64,000 nt of DNA from Blastocladiella emersonii ATCC 22665 (GCA_025594325.1 JANHCV010000003.1:2480001-2544000), one strand, 5' to 3'. Positions 32,425-46,339 are shown, counted from the first letter of the stretch. Notes: generated from the sequence alone by a model not told the origin. Translations and numbers: made by a program.

Positions 32425-35400
32425 CTAATCCTCGCCGCTCCCGTCGTCCACTTCGACCACGATCGTGCGCTTCGGCCGCTGCTCGGCCACCGGCGGGTTC
32501 GCGTGAGCAGCCGCAGCTTGAGCAGCCGCAGCGGAAACAGCCGCAGCGTGAGCGACACGAGCAGCTTCGACGGTCGAGCGGCCGTAGTCGAGGATGCGGT
32601 GGAAGAACTTGACCTTGATCGGGTGCAGCTCGTGGACCGTCGGCGGGACGAGCTGCGACTGCACCCAGACGGGGTCACAGATCGCGGAACACTCGGTCGG
32701 GACGTGGTACGTGGGCTGCGACATGGGCTGGCCCTGGCACACCCAGCACGGCGTCTGGATCGCGAACGCGGCCGCGGTGCGCGCGCCGATCGAGGGGATG
32801 CGCGGCGGGCGAGCGGGAGGACCGACTGCAGCAGCTGCCGCGGCGGCGACGGCGGGATCGACGTGCGGCTGCGGCGCGTTGAGGAGCTCCATGGCCGTGA
32901 ACGACGCGCCGGGCGGAGCGGGAGCCGGCGACGACTGCCGGCTCGCTGGGTCGCCCTTGCGCATCTCGTCGACGTGGTTCACGAGCGGAATGAAGGCGCC
33001 GCCGAGGCGCAGCCCGCGGAGCCGGGCCTGCTCCTGCGACTGGACTTGTGCAGGCTCGGGCTGCGTGACGCGAGGCGGAGCGGCGGGTGCAGGTCGCGCA
33101 GTCGGCGTGGGCGGCAGCCGTTGCTGTTGCTGTTGCTGCTGCTGTTTCTGCTGCTGCTGTTGTTGAGCAGGACCCCAGGATGATGGCTGTGCGACGGCGG
33201 GAGCCGCGCCGTTCGCGTGCGAACCTGGCACGTCGGCGAGTCCGAGCGCAGATGCTGCCGTGCCAGGCGCGGCACCCGTCGTCAGCGCGCGCGCCATCGC
33301 CACACGGGGAGGCACTTGGACTGCGGGCGAGGGCTCGGGAACCGAGGGTGCGCGAGCCGGCTCGTATCCAAACGCGGGGACCACTGCAGCGGGGGCGGGC
33401 GCCGGTGCCGGACCAGCAGACGCGCGGGCTGCTGAGCTGGTCAGAAGCGAGGATCTGCGCGGGACCGAGGACGGCGCGGGCGGCGGGGAGACCGAGGGCG
33501 CGGGGGACCCGGTGCGCGAAATGACCTCGCGGATCGTCTGCGACTTGACGGAGCCCGGCTCGGACGGCACCGCGGCGAGTATCTGCTGCAGCGGACTATC
33601 GGCGCGCGCCAGCGGGACGTGCAGGGCATCGCGAAGCGAGACCGGCGGCGCAGACGGCGGCGGCGGCAGGATACGCTGGCCGGTGGTGGGCTCGGCGCGG
33701 AGCAGCGCCGCCATGCTGACGGCCGGCGACGGGGCGACGCTGACGGTCGCGCTCGTGTTGGACGAGTCCGTCGTCGACGCGCCAATGCCCGGCTTCGCGC
33801 CCGGCGGCAGCGGGAGCGGGACGAGCAGCGACGAGAGGCTCGGGCTCGTGCGCACCGACGGGTCGCCCGTCAACACGCCCGGGCTCGTGCGCGCCGACTG
33901 GTCGCGCGACCCGCGACGGCTGCTGCTCGGCGGCACGTACGTCTCGTCGGGGACGTAGTCCTGGTCCACGTCCATGGACGCGTCGAAGGTGGCGGGAGCT
34001 GCATCGCTGTCGTCGTCGCTCGCGCCGAGCCGCGGCTTCTTGGCGGACCGCCGCCGCTCCTCGGTCGAGCCGTTCATGTACGCGTCGCGGTAGTCGACCT
34101 GGCGGCGCTTGCGCGGGCCGAGCGTGAGGTCCTGGTCGCGCATCGCCGACGCGAGCTTGTTGAGGATGTCCTCCCATTCCTGCTCGCCCGACGGGTCCGC
34201 GCCGAGCTGCACCGAGTCGATGTCAACGAGCGCGTCGCCGTCGGGTCCCGCAGCAGCGTCACCAGGAGCGCCACTCGCCGACCGCGCGCTGCGCTTGATG
34301 CTGCGCTCGGTCTGCCACATCTTGGCGAACCCGAACCCGCCGCCGGCGGCACTGGCGCCCGTACCCGAGACCGCGTCGGACTCGGCCGCCGCGTCGCCGG
34401 CCTTGGGCTCGGCAACCGCCTGCGCGCGGTCGAGCAGCTTCTCGATCTCCTCGTCCGAGTACTGCCACTGCGAGCGGTCGTTGCCGTCGGCGTCGTCGCC
34501 CGCGAGGACCTCAGACGCGCCGTAGCGGAGCACGTCAAACAGCTCGCCGTCGGGCACCTCGTCGACCTTGCCCATAGACTGCACGACGACGTGGTCGAGC
34601 GCGAGCTTCTTGCGGCCGACCGCGACCATCTTCTCCTCGGCCGAGTGCGCCGTCATGAACTTGTACGCGAGCACGGGCCGCGTCTGGCCGATGCGGTGCG
34701 CGCGGGCAATGGCCTACACAGGATTGTGCGAGTCGTCAGCGAGCGTCGGCGGAACCGCGCAATCGCGAAAGCGTACCTGCAAATCCTGCGTCGGGTTCCA
34801 GTCAATGTCCATGATGATGACCGTGTCGGCGGACGTGAGGTTGATGCCGGTGCCGCCGGCGCGCGTGCTGAGCACGAACACGAACGAGTTCGGGTCCGTG
34901 TTGAACTCGTCAATGTACTTTTGGCGCATCCCGCGCGGCGTGCTGCCGTCAAGGCGGAAGTAGCGGAACGGCGCCATGACGGGTTTCGACGGCTCGGCGC
35001 CGTCGGTTGCGGTCGCGGTCGCTGGGGCGGGTGGAGCGAGCGTCTGCATGCCGTACAAAAAGTCCTCGAGGATGTCGAGCGTGGTCTGGAACTGGCAGAA
35101 GATGAGGACCTTGTGCCCGCCGGCGCGGAGCTTGGGGAGCATGCGCGCGAGCAGTGCGAGCTTGCCGCCCGACTCGACGAGCCGCTGGTGGACCTCGTAC
35201 GGCGACGACGCGGGCGGGAGACCGGCCTCGACTGTCGGCATGACGAACGGGTGACTGAGGATCTTGCGGCACTGGAGGAGGATGTTCTGCAGCGAGCCGA
35301 GCGACGCCTTGCCCTCGGACTTTTTCGTCCGCGCGCTCTCGCCGAGCGCGCGCAGCAGGTGGAAGTTGCTGCTGTAAATGTCCTTGATGAGCTGGCGCTG

Positions 35401-38308
35401 CAGCGGAGACATGCGCACGGGGACGAGGATCTCGGCCTTGGCGGGCAGGTCGAGCACCACGTCCGTCTTGATGCGGCGCAAAAAGTGCGGGCGGAGCAGC
35501 GCGTGCAGCTCCTTGATCTTCTCGGACGCCTCGCCCTCGTCGTCCTTATCCGCGTCGGTCGCGTCGGTCCCGTTGCCGTTGGTGTCCTTGGACGACGCGG
35601 TCGGGCCAATGGCGTACTGCGCGGCGAGCGCCTCGGGGTCGGCGAACTGGTCGGGGTCGAGGAAGTTCATAAGGTTGAAGAGCTCGCGCAGGTTGTTCTG
35701 GAGCGGGGTGCCGGTGAGGAGGATCTTGTGGTCGATCGAGAACCCGCACAGGTACTGGAACAGCTTGGACGCGTCGTTCTTGAGGCGGTGGCCCTCGTCG
35801 ACGACGAGGCAGTCAAAGTGGACGCGCTGCAGGTCGTCCATGCGCATGACGCTCTCGTAGCTGGCGAGCACGACGTGGCACCGGACCGACGGCGCGCGGC
35901 GGCTGCTCGCGCCGGCGCCGGGCCGCAGGATCAGGTTGTTGAGGATGAACTCGCGGTCGGCGGCCTGGCCCCAGCTGCTCACGACGTGCAGCTCGGGCGC
36001 CCACTTGTTGAACTCGCGCTCCCAGTTGTCGAGCGTCGAGTTGGGCACCACGACGAGGAACGGGAACCGCTGGTGGTGCACGTGTAGGTACTGCAGGAAC
36101 GTGACGATCTGGACCGTCTTGCCGAGCCCCATCTCGTCGGCGAGGATGCACGCCGACCGCGCGCACCAGTTGCCGATCAGCCAGTTGAGCCCGTCGACCT
36201 GGTGCGGCATGAGCTCGCCGCCGCGCAGCTCCGCGGGCTGCGCCGTGAGCCCGTGGAACGACTTGGGGTTGGGCCGGTCGTCATGGGCGCGCCCGGGCCG
36301 CGCGTTGCGGTTCGCGACCGAGTCGATCTCGAGCGACCGGTGATACGCCTCGATGGCGCGCTTGAGGTCGGCGTCGCCCTCGGTGTCGAGCTCGTTGGGG
36401 TTCTCGAGCGTCGCCTGCGACGGCAGCAGCCCGCGCCACTGGATCAGGTACTCGCCCGACTCGTTGATCTCGAGGATGCGGTCGACGCGCGTGTACTGCG
36501 GGTCGATGACGTCGGCGGCGCTGAGCGTCGGCGGGCCGGGTAGCGTCAGGCGGTCAGCCGCGCGCTGGCCCTCGGTCTCGGAGAGCACCTTGGCAGTCTC
36601 GAGCCGCTTGCGCGTGAACGCGGCGAGCCTGATGGAGGCGATCATGTTGAGCCACACCTCAGGGACCCAGTGCACGTCGCGGTAGCTGCGGTCGACGAAC
36701 TTGACGAGGTACTCGTAGCGCTGCGTCGGCGCTGACGCTGGTGCGGATCCAGGCTCCGACACGGCGGTACCGAGGTCCTGCTGCTGCTGCTGCTGCGGCG
36801 GCGGCGGCTGCGGCTGCCCCGGCGGAGCGGGTGCGTGGCGAACGGCGAGAATGAGGTCAATGTCGCCGTCCCAGACCTGGCACATTTCACAGCGTCCGTT
36901 CTCGGCGATTCCGGCGAGCGCCTCGACGACCGTCATGGTATCGTCGTCGCCGCCGGCGTCGGTTCCGGGAGACGTCGGCTTTGACGAAGCCACGCGCTTC
37001 GCGTACTCGGCCATGGCGCGACCGGCGGTACACTGCCAGTGCGAGGTGAGGCGGCAGCGGGTGCAGCGGAGGAGCCGCTCGGGCGGGATTGGGAACGGCG
37101 CGGTTGGGGCCGACGGCGGCGGCGGGTCGGTCGCGGGCCGGTCGCACGCGACGCACAATAGCGACGCGGACACGTCCTTGAGGCCGCGCGAGCACGCGGT
37201 GCAGATGATGCGGTCGGGCGAGTCCTTGAGCACGCACGACTTGCGCCGACTCGCGGGTATGCAGCGCTACACATGAGCGACGAGTAATGGTTAGTTTGCG
37301 TGAGGTGGGTGATCGAGGGAACTGCGAACGCACGTCGTGGCACAGCGCGGTGCACTTGATGCACGGGAGCAGCGGGTCGGTCGACGGCGGCGGCGTCGAC
37401 TCCTTGCCGACGGAACCGCCGCGACCGCGGCCGCGCTTGGCGCCGGGCGTCGGGCGCGGACCCTCGCCGCACTCGATGCAGACGGCGGCGTGCGGGTTCC
37501 CGGCAAAGTAGGCCGCGAGCCGCTCGACATCGTCGTCGGACGCGTCGTCGTCCTCGTCGCCGCTATCGGGCGCAATGTAGATGGTGTAGTTCTTGGGCTG
37601 CTCGTCCGCCGGCGGTTTTGAAGCCGCGCGGGCCTTGGCGGCGGGCTTCACGCTGGTAGCCGGAGCGGCAGCCGCGGCAGCGGCCGCGTTGCGCTTGGGT
37701 GCAGGAGCGGGCGCCGGCGCAGGAGCAGATACGGGTGCAGCTTGCGCAGGCGGCGCGCGAGACCGAGACGACGGGGCCACTTTCGGGGGCACCTTGGGCG
37801 ACGCGCTCTCCTTTCCGGCCGTCGTCGCGTTAAGCACGGCGTCGTAGTCGCGCGACATGGCGGGGCGGCGGTTGCGCTGCGGGCGCTCGACCTGGACCTG
37901 CGCGGCGAGCTTCGCGCGCTCGGCCTTGAGACGCGCCTCCTCAGCCTCGTCGAACGCGCGGCGCTCGTTGGGGCACGATGCGAGATGTTCCTCGGGCTCC
38001 CTACACACGCACGTGAGACATGAACACGGCGGTCCCGCGGAACGGCGCGAGACAATGATGGAAACCTACCACGTCTGGGTCTTGTCGGCCCACCGAATGC
38101 GGTAAAAGTACTTGCCCTTGCGGAACTTGCGGGCGAGGATCTTCTCGAGCTCGACCTCGGGCTCCTCCTCAATGTCGCTCGGGTTCTCGGCCACCGAGGC
38201 CGCGGGCGACGACTCGCGCGTCGCGGCGCCGTCATGCGCAGGCGCGGGGTCCACATCCATGGCGTCGGGCGCCGCGGCGGGCGGGTTGGCTGGGGGATCG
38301 CGAGCCAT
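32425..38308 (-). CDS. CHD/Mi-2 (fungal Mit1-like) chromatin remodeller: chromodomains, PHD fingers, SNF2 ATPase; multi-exon
   Basis: KILARKFRKGKYFYRIRW, Cys-rich PHD motifs, YEYLVKF..YRDVHWV, ILADEMGLGKT, VVDEGHRLKN, LLTGTPLQNN, LSTRAGGTGINL. Confidence 0.9.
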
Positions 38309-38616
38309 TGCGGGATGCCGGCGGCCGCGTCGAGAGTAGGCCACAGGCTCAGGAACGCGGTTTCGGCAAGTTAGACACGCGAATGACGCGCTTTAGGGAG
38401 ATAGCTTCATTGCATCAAGAGCGGAGCCGACGCGCGGCCGCGTCCAGCGGATGTGATATGAAGCGCGTCACATGCCGCGCGTGCCGATGCCATCACGCAC
38501 CTCTCCAGCTGCTCGGCGCGCCGATCAACAGGGGCCAGCCGCACCGGGCCAGCCGAGCCACCGACCCAACGACTCCCTTCTCCTCCACTGCGGCAATAGA
38601 TAAACGATACCATACC

Positions 38617-39844
38617 ATGTCATCAACGAAACCTCATGCATCTGCCGTGGGACCGGCGCGGAAACCGTCCTTTTTCCCGAGCGCGGCCACGGACCAGGCC
38701 GTCGCCGGCTTCCTCGGCGGCGCCGCCTCGACCGTGGCCCTGCACCCGCTCGATCTCGTCAAGACCCGGTTCCAAGGTGGGTTCCGTGACCGGGACTAGC
38801 TCTGGTGCTGGCAGCAGAAGCTGACGGTCCTCATCGTTCACAGCCGACACTTCCGCAACCCGCCCGCGGCTCTCGCTCCTCAACACGGCCCGCGCACTCG
38901 CCCGCATCACGCAGGCGCAGGGCGTGCGCGGCCTGTACCAGGGCCTGAGCCCCAACTTCGCCGGCGCGACGCTGTCGTGGGGGCTGTACTTTTGGTGGTA
39001 CACGCACATCAAGGACGCCATGCTGCACCGCCACATTCTTGCGCGCGAGGCGGCCCCTGCATCCGAAGACTCGGGCGCGCCCGTGCGGTTGCGCGCCGAC
39101 CAGCACCTGCTCGCAGCGGCCGGCGCGGGCGCGCTCACGTCGCTGTGCACCAACCCGATCTGGCTCGTCAAGACGCGCATGTGCCTGCAGTCGCCCGACG
39201 CGCCGCGGTACACGAGCATGTGGAACGCGCTGACGACGATTGCGCGGACCGAGGGCATCACGGGTCTGTACCGCGGCCTCGTCCCGGCGCTGTTTGGCGT
39301 GAGCCACGGCGCCATCCAGTTCATGGTGTACGAGGACCTCAAGGTCCGCGCCAACGAGTACCGCGATGCGCACGGCGGCGAGTCGTACCTCTTTGTACGC
39401 TTTCTCTCCACACCTTGTGCGAGCTAGACTCACCTCATGCTCGCTCCCGTCGACAGGGATACACGTCCGAACACATCATGCACGCCGTCGTGTCCAAGAC
39501 CGTGGCCGCGGTGACCACGTACCCATACCAGCTCGTCAAGACGCGGCTGCAGGCCGGCACGGGCGAGTTTTCGGGCGTGCTCGACGTGATTACCAAGACG
39601 TGGCGCCGCGAGGGCATCACCGGCTTCTACAAGGGCCTCGGCGCCAACGTGATCCGCGTCATGCCCGGAACGTGTATTACGTTCGTTGTCTACGGTACGC
39701 TCCTCGATTCTCGCTCGCCGAGCTCGCTGCCCTGGCACCGAGCTCGCATCTCTGTCGCCGATCGTGCACCGCCACTCACCTCACACCGTCGTCGTGCCTC
39801 ACGCAGAGTCCATGACCACCTTCTTCAAGAACCACGCGAGCTGA
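38617..39844 (+). CDS. FLX1: Mitochondrial folate/FAD carrier (SLC25A32-like), multi-exon
   Basis: Three carrier signatures (HPLDLVKTRFQ, NPIWLVKTRMCLQ, YPYQLVKTRLQ), plus SWGLYFWWY and GVSHGAIQFMVYE. Confidence 0.88.
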
Positions 39845-41116
39845 TCTCCGCTCGCACTGAATACAATACACGAATCTCGGTAGTCACCACTACGCCAGCG
39901 CCGTCAGCCGTGCCAGGGAGCGAGGACAGAGCGAAGCGAACGACGAGCTGCGCGACGACGCGAGCCGACTCGCGGCGATTCGGTGAAAGCGTCGTCGGGT
40001 GGGGTCGAGATTAGTTCCCGCGATCTCATTCCTCGATCCTGCGTCACCGTCCAGCGTCTCGCCGAGCGCGTGGGGCATGGCATGAGGTTGTATTGTGGTT
40101 CCCAAGTCAATATGAGGCCGGTTTGCCCGTCGCAAGCGCGCACTTCGCGGTCAGCCGAGCTGGCGTCGGCGGCGGCGACTGTGGCGAGACGCCGTGACCG
40201 CCTTCGCGACGCAGTGCGGAACCGGCGACGATGGTGGCCGCAACGGGAGCGGGAGCGAGTGCGGAACGAGCGGCGAAGATCGTGGAGGGGCAGCGCGGAC
40301 AAGGGCGGGCAGCCAGTTCCGCGTAGCCGCAGGACATCAGAGTCACGATCAGCGGGTGGCGGTGGCGGCGGCGATGGGCGGAACCGCCGAGAAGCGGAAG
40401 AAGCCGCGCTGGGCGCCGCCCACCTTCGCCACTGAACGCCAGCGGGCGTCTCCTGACCAATCGTGGCGGGATGCGGCGTCGCCACCGCCGCCGAGCAAAG
40501 CCGGCGCCACGCACCCTCTGGAATATGGGGCGCCGCCGAGCGGAAGCGCCCGCGCGTGTGCCAGAAGCGCGGCGGACCATCGCACCGACCAATCAACTGC
40601 CGCCGCCATGCGTCTGGACGGGCCCCTGACCTTGCTTCAAACCCGGCCCGCGGGACAGCGGCTCGGCCACCACAAGTGCCAATATGGGACTATCCACCTC
40701 TGAACCGCCGCGCGCGTGGGCGCCGCCCGCCGCAGACCCAGGTCACACACAAGTCAACAGTTGGCAACGCGCCACTGCTTGTACGCCAGCTGGCGTAAAC
40801 TGGCGTAGCTGGCGCCAGCATCTAGAATCACAAGATGTGATTGTGGCGCGCGTGACGCTGGTCGCCGCCCGTCGCCCATGCGAGGCCATGCGCGCACGAG
40901 TGCGGGATCGCGCGGCGCTGGTCGTCGTCCACGCTGGCTGCTTGCTTGCTCGGCCGCCGCCATGTGGCGCTGGCCCGCCGCGGCAGAGCAAGATTGAGGG
41001 GGAGTATAAGAAGCCTCGGCTCCCCCGACCTCCCTCTCCTTTCTGATCTGCCAAGTTGCGTTGCCGCTGTCGCCCTCACCATCGATCGCTGCCTCGCACC
41101 TACACCCACCATCACC

Positions 41117-44100
41117 ATGGCTGCCGACGACAAGCTCGCCGAAAAGGGCGTCGAGAAGCAGGAGTCGTCGTTCGTCGTCGACGCCGAGTTCGAGAAGATC
41201 GTCAACGACCTGGCCCCGACCACCGACGATGTCAACACCCCCTCGCTCACGTTCCGCGTGTGGGTTCTCGGCACCCTGTTCTGCGTGATCCTCGGCGGCA
41301 TCAACCAGCTCTTTGCTTTCCGCACCGTCTTCTTCTCGATCACCTCGTACGTGCCACCTCGTCCCGCTCGCGCTTGCAGCACCTCATGAAGCAAAAACTG
41401 ACCCCAAATCGCGCGGTTTTCGCTTCTCGCGTCTAGCTATGTCGCCGTCCTGCTCGCCTACCCGCTCGGTGTGCTCATGGCCAAGACCCTGCCCTCGATC
41501 AAGTTCAACCTGTTCGGCGTCGAGGTCGACACCAACCCCGGCCCGTTCTCGGTCAAGGAGCACGTCCTGATCGGCATCTTTGGCTCGACCGGCGCCGCCG
41601 GCATCTACGGTTCGGAGAACATTATTGTCCAGGAGATCTGTACGTTGCTCCCCTCGCTGCTCGCCGCTTGGCCGCGAATCAAGCTGACGCGCTCCCCCTC
41701 TCGCCCTCGCTCCTCCAGTCTACGACATGGACATTGGCGTCATCGGTGGTCTCGGCTTCCTCATCGGCACCTCGACGCTCGGCTTCGGTCTGTCCGGCAT
41801 CTGCCGTCGTTTCCTCATCCGCCCCTCGCACATGGTCTGGTACGCACACCTCTCCCGCTCCCCCTCGTCGCTCGCGCGCCCGTCGCGTGCTGGTGATCGG
41901 ACACGAGCTCTCGCGGTCACGCGTCCGTACTTGTTTTCGCGACGCGGTCGGCGATATCTCGGCCCCTGCTCGACCAAAGCTCACCAAACTTTGCCACCAC
42001 GCTCGTTATCATGCAGGCCTTCCGTGTTGCCCTCTATTGCCATGTACACGGCGTTCCACGACGTCAAGGTCGCCGCCGTCGACGAGGAGTACGACGCCAA
42101 GTCGATGTCGCGTCTGCGCTTCTTCCTGATCGCAGCCTTCGCCGCCTTCGCCTACTACATTCTCGGCCCCGGTCTCTTCACGCCCGCCATGGCCAACCTG
42201 TCGTTCCTCTGCTGGTTCGGTCCCCGCGACAACAAGCACGTCCAGATGCTCGGCTCCCCCGTCGCCGGCCTCGGCATCGGCTCGATCACCCTCGACTGGG
42301 CCAACATCAACTCCGGGTACGTTTTCTCACCTTTACACTCCTTCCTCTTGTCCTCGCCCACCGTCGGGCCTGATCTGGGCGCTCGGTGCCGAGCGGTCGC
42401 GCCTCGAGCCGACCCGGCGCGCCGGCGACCTTCGACCGGCCGCCCCTACTCCCCCACTGGCCCGATCACCCCCAAACTTCACCAGACGGTGCTCCTGGCC
42501 TCGCTCTACCACGGATATTAACCGCTCCTAAATCTAATAGGTGGATGAGTTACCCGTACTGGTCGAGCGTCAACCTGATCGCGTCCTACGTCCTCTTCAA
42601 CTGGGTTCTCTCCTCGATCTCCATCTCGGGCAACTGGTTCAACCTGCCCAAAACCAAGCTGATTTATAACAGTACCAAGCTTATCGATAATACCGGGAAG
42701 CAGACGGACGGTCGGAGTTTCGTGGACCCCGAGACGAGCGTCCTGATCCAGGAGAAGTACGACGAGCTCAAGCCCTTCAAGATGGCCGACTCGTTCGCCT
42801 GGTCGTACGGTGGTTCGATGGCCACGTTCACGGGCGCCATCTCGCACACGATCGTGTGGTTCGGCAAGGACATTGTCGGGCGTTTCCGCGAGGCCAAGAA
42901 CGACGAGGACAAGGACGACATCCACTGCCAGCTCATCGACAAGTACCCCGAGGTCCCCGACACGTGGTACTACGGGTTCTTCGTCATCACCACCATCATC
43001 TCGATTGCCGTTTGCGAGTTCACGCAGATTAAGATGAGCTGGTACTTCACCCTGCTCACGATCCTGCTGTCGGTCGTGGCCACCGTCCCGATCGCCGTCG
43101 TCCTCGCCACGTCGGGTATCGCCCTCTACATGAACGTCATCTCCGAGTACGTATATTTTCCCCCTCTTTTGCGCACGTTTGCGCACGTTTGCGCTCGTTC
43201 TGCTGGTGCTGGCGATCCGGTGCTGACCCTCGAGCCTCGCCCTCGCCCTCGCTCGCTCGCGCGTCCAGGTTCGTCATCGGCCTCATCTACCCGGGCCACC
43301 CCGTCGTCATGATGGCGTTCAAGTGCCTCGGTGTTACCGTGTCGTCGCAGTGCCTGACGCTGCTCTCGGACCTCAAAATCGGTCATTACATGAAGATCCC
43401 GCCTCGCCACGTCTTCATCGTGCAGATCTTTTCGCAACTGCTCGCTGTTTTCGTGTGCTATGGCACCATGCGGCTCTGGCTCTCAAACGAGGACCACCGC
43501 AAGTGGATTACCATGTTCGGTACCGACGAGCTCGCCCAGGACAAGGCCGGCCACAACTGGGGCGGTCAGTACCCCAACATCTAGTACGTGTTCTCGGTCC
43601 CCCCCCCCTCGACTCTCGCGACCTCTCTCGTGTCCCACAGCGTGCTTGGCACCTCTCTGGTCCTCGCAGACTGTGGCGAGCCCGCTCCACTATCCCGAAC
43701 TCGGATCGCTGACTCTCCCGCCTCCCCACTTCTAGCTACGCCGCCTCCCTCATCTGGGGCGCCATCGGCCCGATCCGCTTCTTCTATGAGTCGGTCTACG
43801 GTCCTCTGATTACCGGTGGCCTCATCCTCGGCTTCATTTTCCCGGTCGTCATGAAGGCCGGCCACATCTTCATCGGCGACGAGGTCATCCCGTGGCAGCT
43901 GATTTCGGCCCCGATCCTTTTCACTGTCTCCTCGTCGGGGGCAAACCAAGGCGTGGTGGTGTCCGGTTTCATCGTCGCGACGTTCTTCCAGTACTACATG
44001 TACCGCAAGCAGCAGCCGTGGTGGAAGAAGTACAACTACGTTCTCGCGACGGCGCTCGACGTCGGCACCGGTCTCGCCTCGCTCTTCATCACCCTCGTGC

Positions 44101-44207
44101 TCGGCAACGTCGACTTCACCGTCCCCTTCTGGGCCGGTAACCCCGATCTCGAGGAGGAGGGCAAGCTCGAGGTGTATGGCCGGTTCATGGACTGGTGCAA
44201 CTGCTAA
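41117..44207 (+). CDS. OPT-family oligopeptide transporter, multi-exon
   Basis: TDD..TPSLTFRVWVLG, NPGPFSVKEHVLI, DDIHCQLIDKYPEVP.WY, SDLKIGHYMKIPPR, WWKKYNYVLATALDVG. Confidence 0.93.
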
Positions 44208-44699
44208 GTTCGCGTTCTCCCTACCCTCGCTCCCCCCCCTTTCTCGCTCTCTTCCCCCGCCATTTTTGATACACGCGATACACGATACACGAGTTTTCTT
44301 CTCCTCTACGCACGGTCCCTTGATCCTCAGCAACTAACTCGTTCAAACTTGTCGCACCGCGCGCGTCTGACGCAGCGGGTGGTCGCGCTGAGCGAGTACT
44401 CTGTAAAGAATCAAACCGAACATAAAACAACACTCCTTGGAAGTCTATTCCCGCCTGACCCTGTATCGCGAAGCTCGGGCCGGCTCGGTGCTTGACCGGC
44501 CCCTCGCGTCGCGCCACTCGCAATGTGGCGCGGGGCTGAAACGCGGCCCGATCACCGCGTCCATCACAGTCGCTCGCCCCCGAGCGCGCCTCGACCGAGT
44601 CGGAATCGAACTGTCAAGGACACTGATCTAATCGACCTGCGTAAGCGGCACGCGAGTTCTGCTCGCAGCAGGGCTCGGTCCCGCTTGCTGCGCTCGTCC

Positions 44700-45700
44700 C
44701 GTGCCCCGTTCTCCAAGCGAGCCGCAAGAACATGCGGCACCGTGGCATCTTGTTCGCGTCGCAGTTCGTGTCGCCCGCCGGCGCGCTTCTGACGCGGGCC
44801 GCGGCCATGATCACGCAGGGCGCCACAAGCCGCAGCTGCCCACCCGAGGCCCATCACTCACAGCCTCCGGCGAGCTCCGTTTGAACGCCGGCGCGGGCGC
44901 GCTGGCGTGCACGCGGCCAGCCGCTCGCAGCCGCGTCCGCTCACCGCGATGCCAAGCTCACCCTCACGCTCGACAACAAGGGCGTCGTCGACTCGGCCGT
45001 GTCCTAGGGTGCGGATTCGCGCAACGTGCTCGCTCGAGTGGTCCGTGCTCCGCTGAATTACAGTATCGTGGCCCGTGAGCTCCAGGTCAACATCGAGTGG
45101 GTTCGCGGCCACGCTGGGAACTCGGGCAACGAGGATGCCGGCGTGCTTACCAACGAGTATGCCGCCGTGCATCTACCGCTTGGAGTCGCGGCCGCCGTCC
45201 GTGTGGACCTGGACATGCTCTTCACGGCGGGCTGGCGCGGCTGCGACCTCAGCTCGGACCCGCGACGCGCTCTCCGCCACTTACACGGTGCGCGACACGA
45301 CTCACTGCTCGCTTTGACCGCGGCCGCCGGCGTCGCGCCCGCGCCCGCGCCCATCGACGTCCCGGCCCTCGCTACCGCGTTTTAGGGTGGCCCACGCCGA
45401 GCCTGCCCGAGCGAATCCTTCACTGCAAACTCGCTCCTAAACTTTCATCTTCACGCAATCGCGGGTCATCTGCCGGCCCGCACCCGTCTGCACCTGTTCT
45501 GGCCGCACCGCTACAAGTCGCCGAACTGCATCAAGTTTTGTGTGGAGGCCGCCAAGAGCAGGAGCGTGCGTTTGCGTGCCTCATTTCGCGCGCACTCGTC
45601 CCTGCAGCGCTCGACGACGACGCTGCCCGCATCGGCAACGCCCTGGTGGATTCGTCGCGTGGCTAATGCAGTTGTACGGCCACCTGCGCCAGCAAATTGA
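44700..45700 (+). mobile_element. Degenerate non-LTR retrotransposon 3' remnant (RNase H plus Cys-rich zf-RVT-like region); boundaries approximate
   Basis: LTLTLDNKGVV, in-frame TAG near 45008, IEWVRGHAGNSGNE (RNase H), then AGHLPARTRL..YKSPNCIKFC after stops or shifts. Confidence 0.65.
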
Positions 45701-46089
45701 CCCGCGTCTCGCGCTCCCCGGCACGACGACCAAGCAGATGTACAACCACCTTTGTAGGTTCCCGGAACCGCGCCTCGCGCTTCCTGCTACGACGACCATC
45801 GCCTCGAGCGCCGTGCGGGAGCGTGCTTGGCGTCCGCGCTGCAACGCCATCGCTGATGTCGCGCCGGTAACTCATGGCGGTGCCCCGTCGTAACCTAACG
45901 GGAGCGAGCAGCTGCACCGCCCTCAGCTGACGCGCGCATCGCGCACGGCGATGAGCTGTGCTACGACGCGCCGCTGCGACGCGCTGTGCTGTGACACGCT
46001 GTGCTGCGTCGCGTCGCTCTCCGACCTCAGTATCAAATACTGTTGGAGTGACGCAAAGGACTCGTCCAACGGGAGCCTACGCACGGCTC

Positions 46090-46191
46090 AAACGGAAGCG
46101 CCCGCGCACGGCGCAAGCGCCCAACGCGGCGCGGGCTTTAGCCCTCGTTTGGAAGCCAATCGCGAAGCGTTTAGGTGGCTGAAGCATAATC
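46090..46191 (+). repeat. Structured ~100-bp element, copy 2
   Basis: gggctttagccctcg...cgcgaagcgt.taggtgg shared with copy 1. Confidence 0.75.
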
Positions 46192-46339
46192 AAATAAAGC
46201 AGAGGAGTGTGGTGCCATATCATATCATTGGAACTCGCGACGAGTGAAAACTGATCGCAACTGATCACGGCACGTGGGTGGCGCAGCGCGTCGCGACGCG
46301 TCGCGAGAGACGGCGAAGGTGGAGTAGAGATGAAATTAT

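Noticed and set aside
46291-46306. 16-bp palindrome tcgcgacgcgtcgcga
   Set aside because: Made of CGCG/GACGC low-complexity units that are common in all intergenic regions here.
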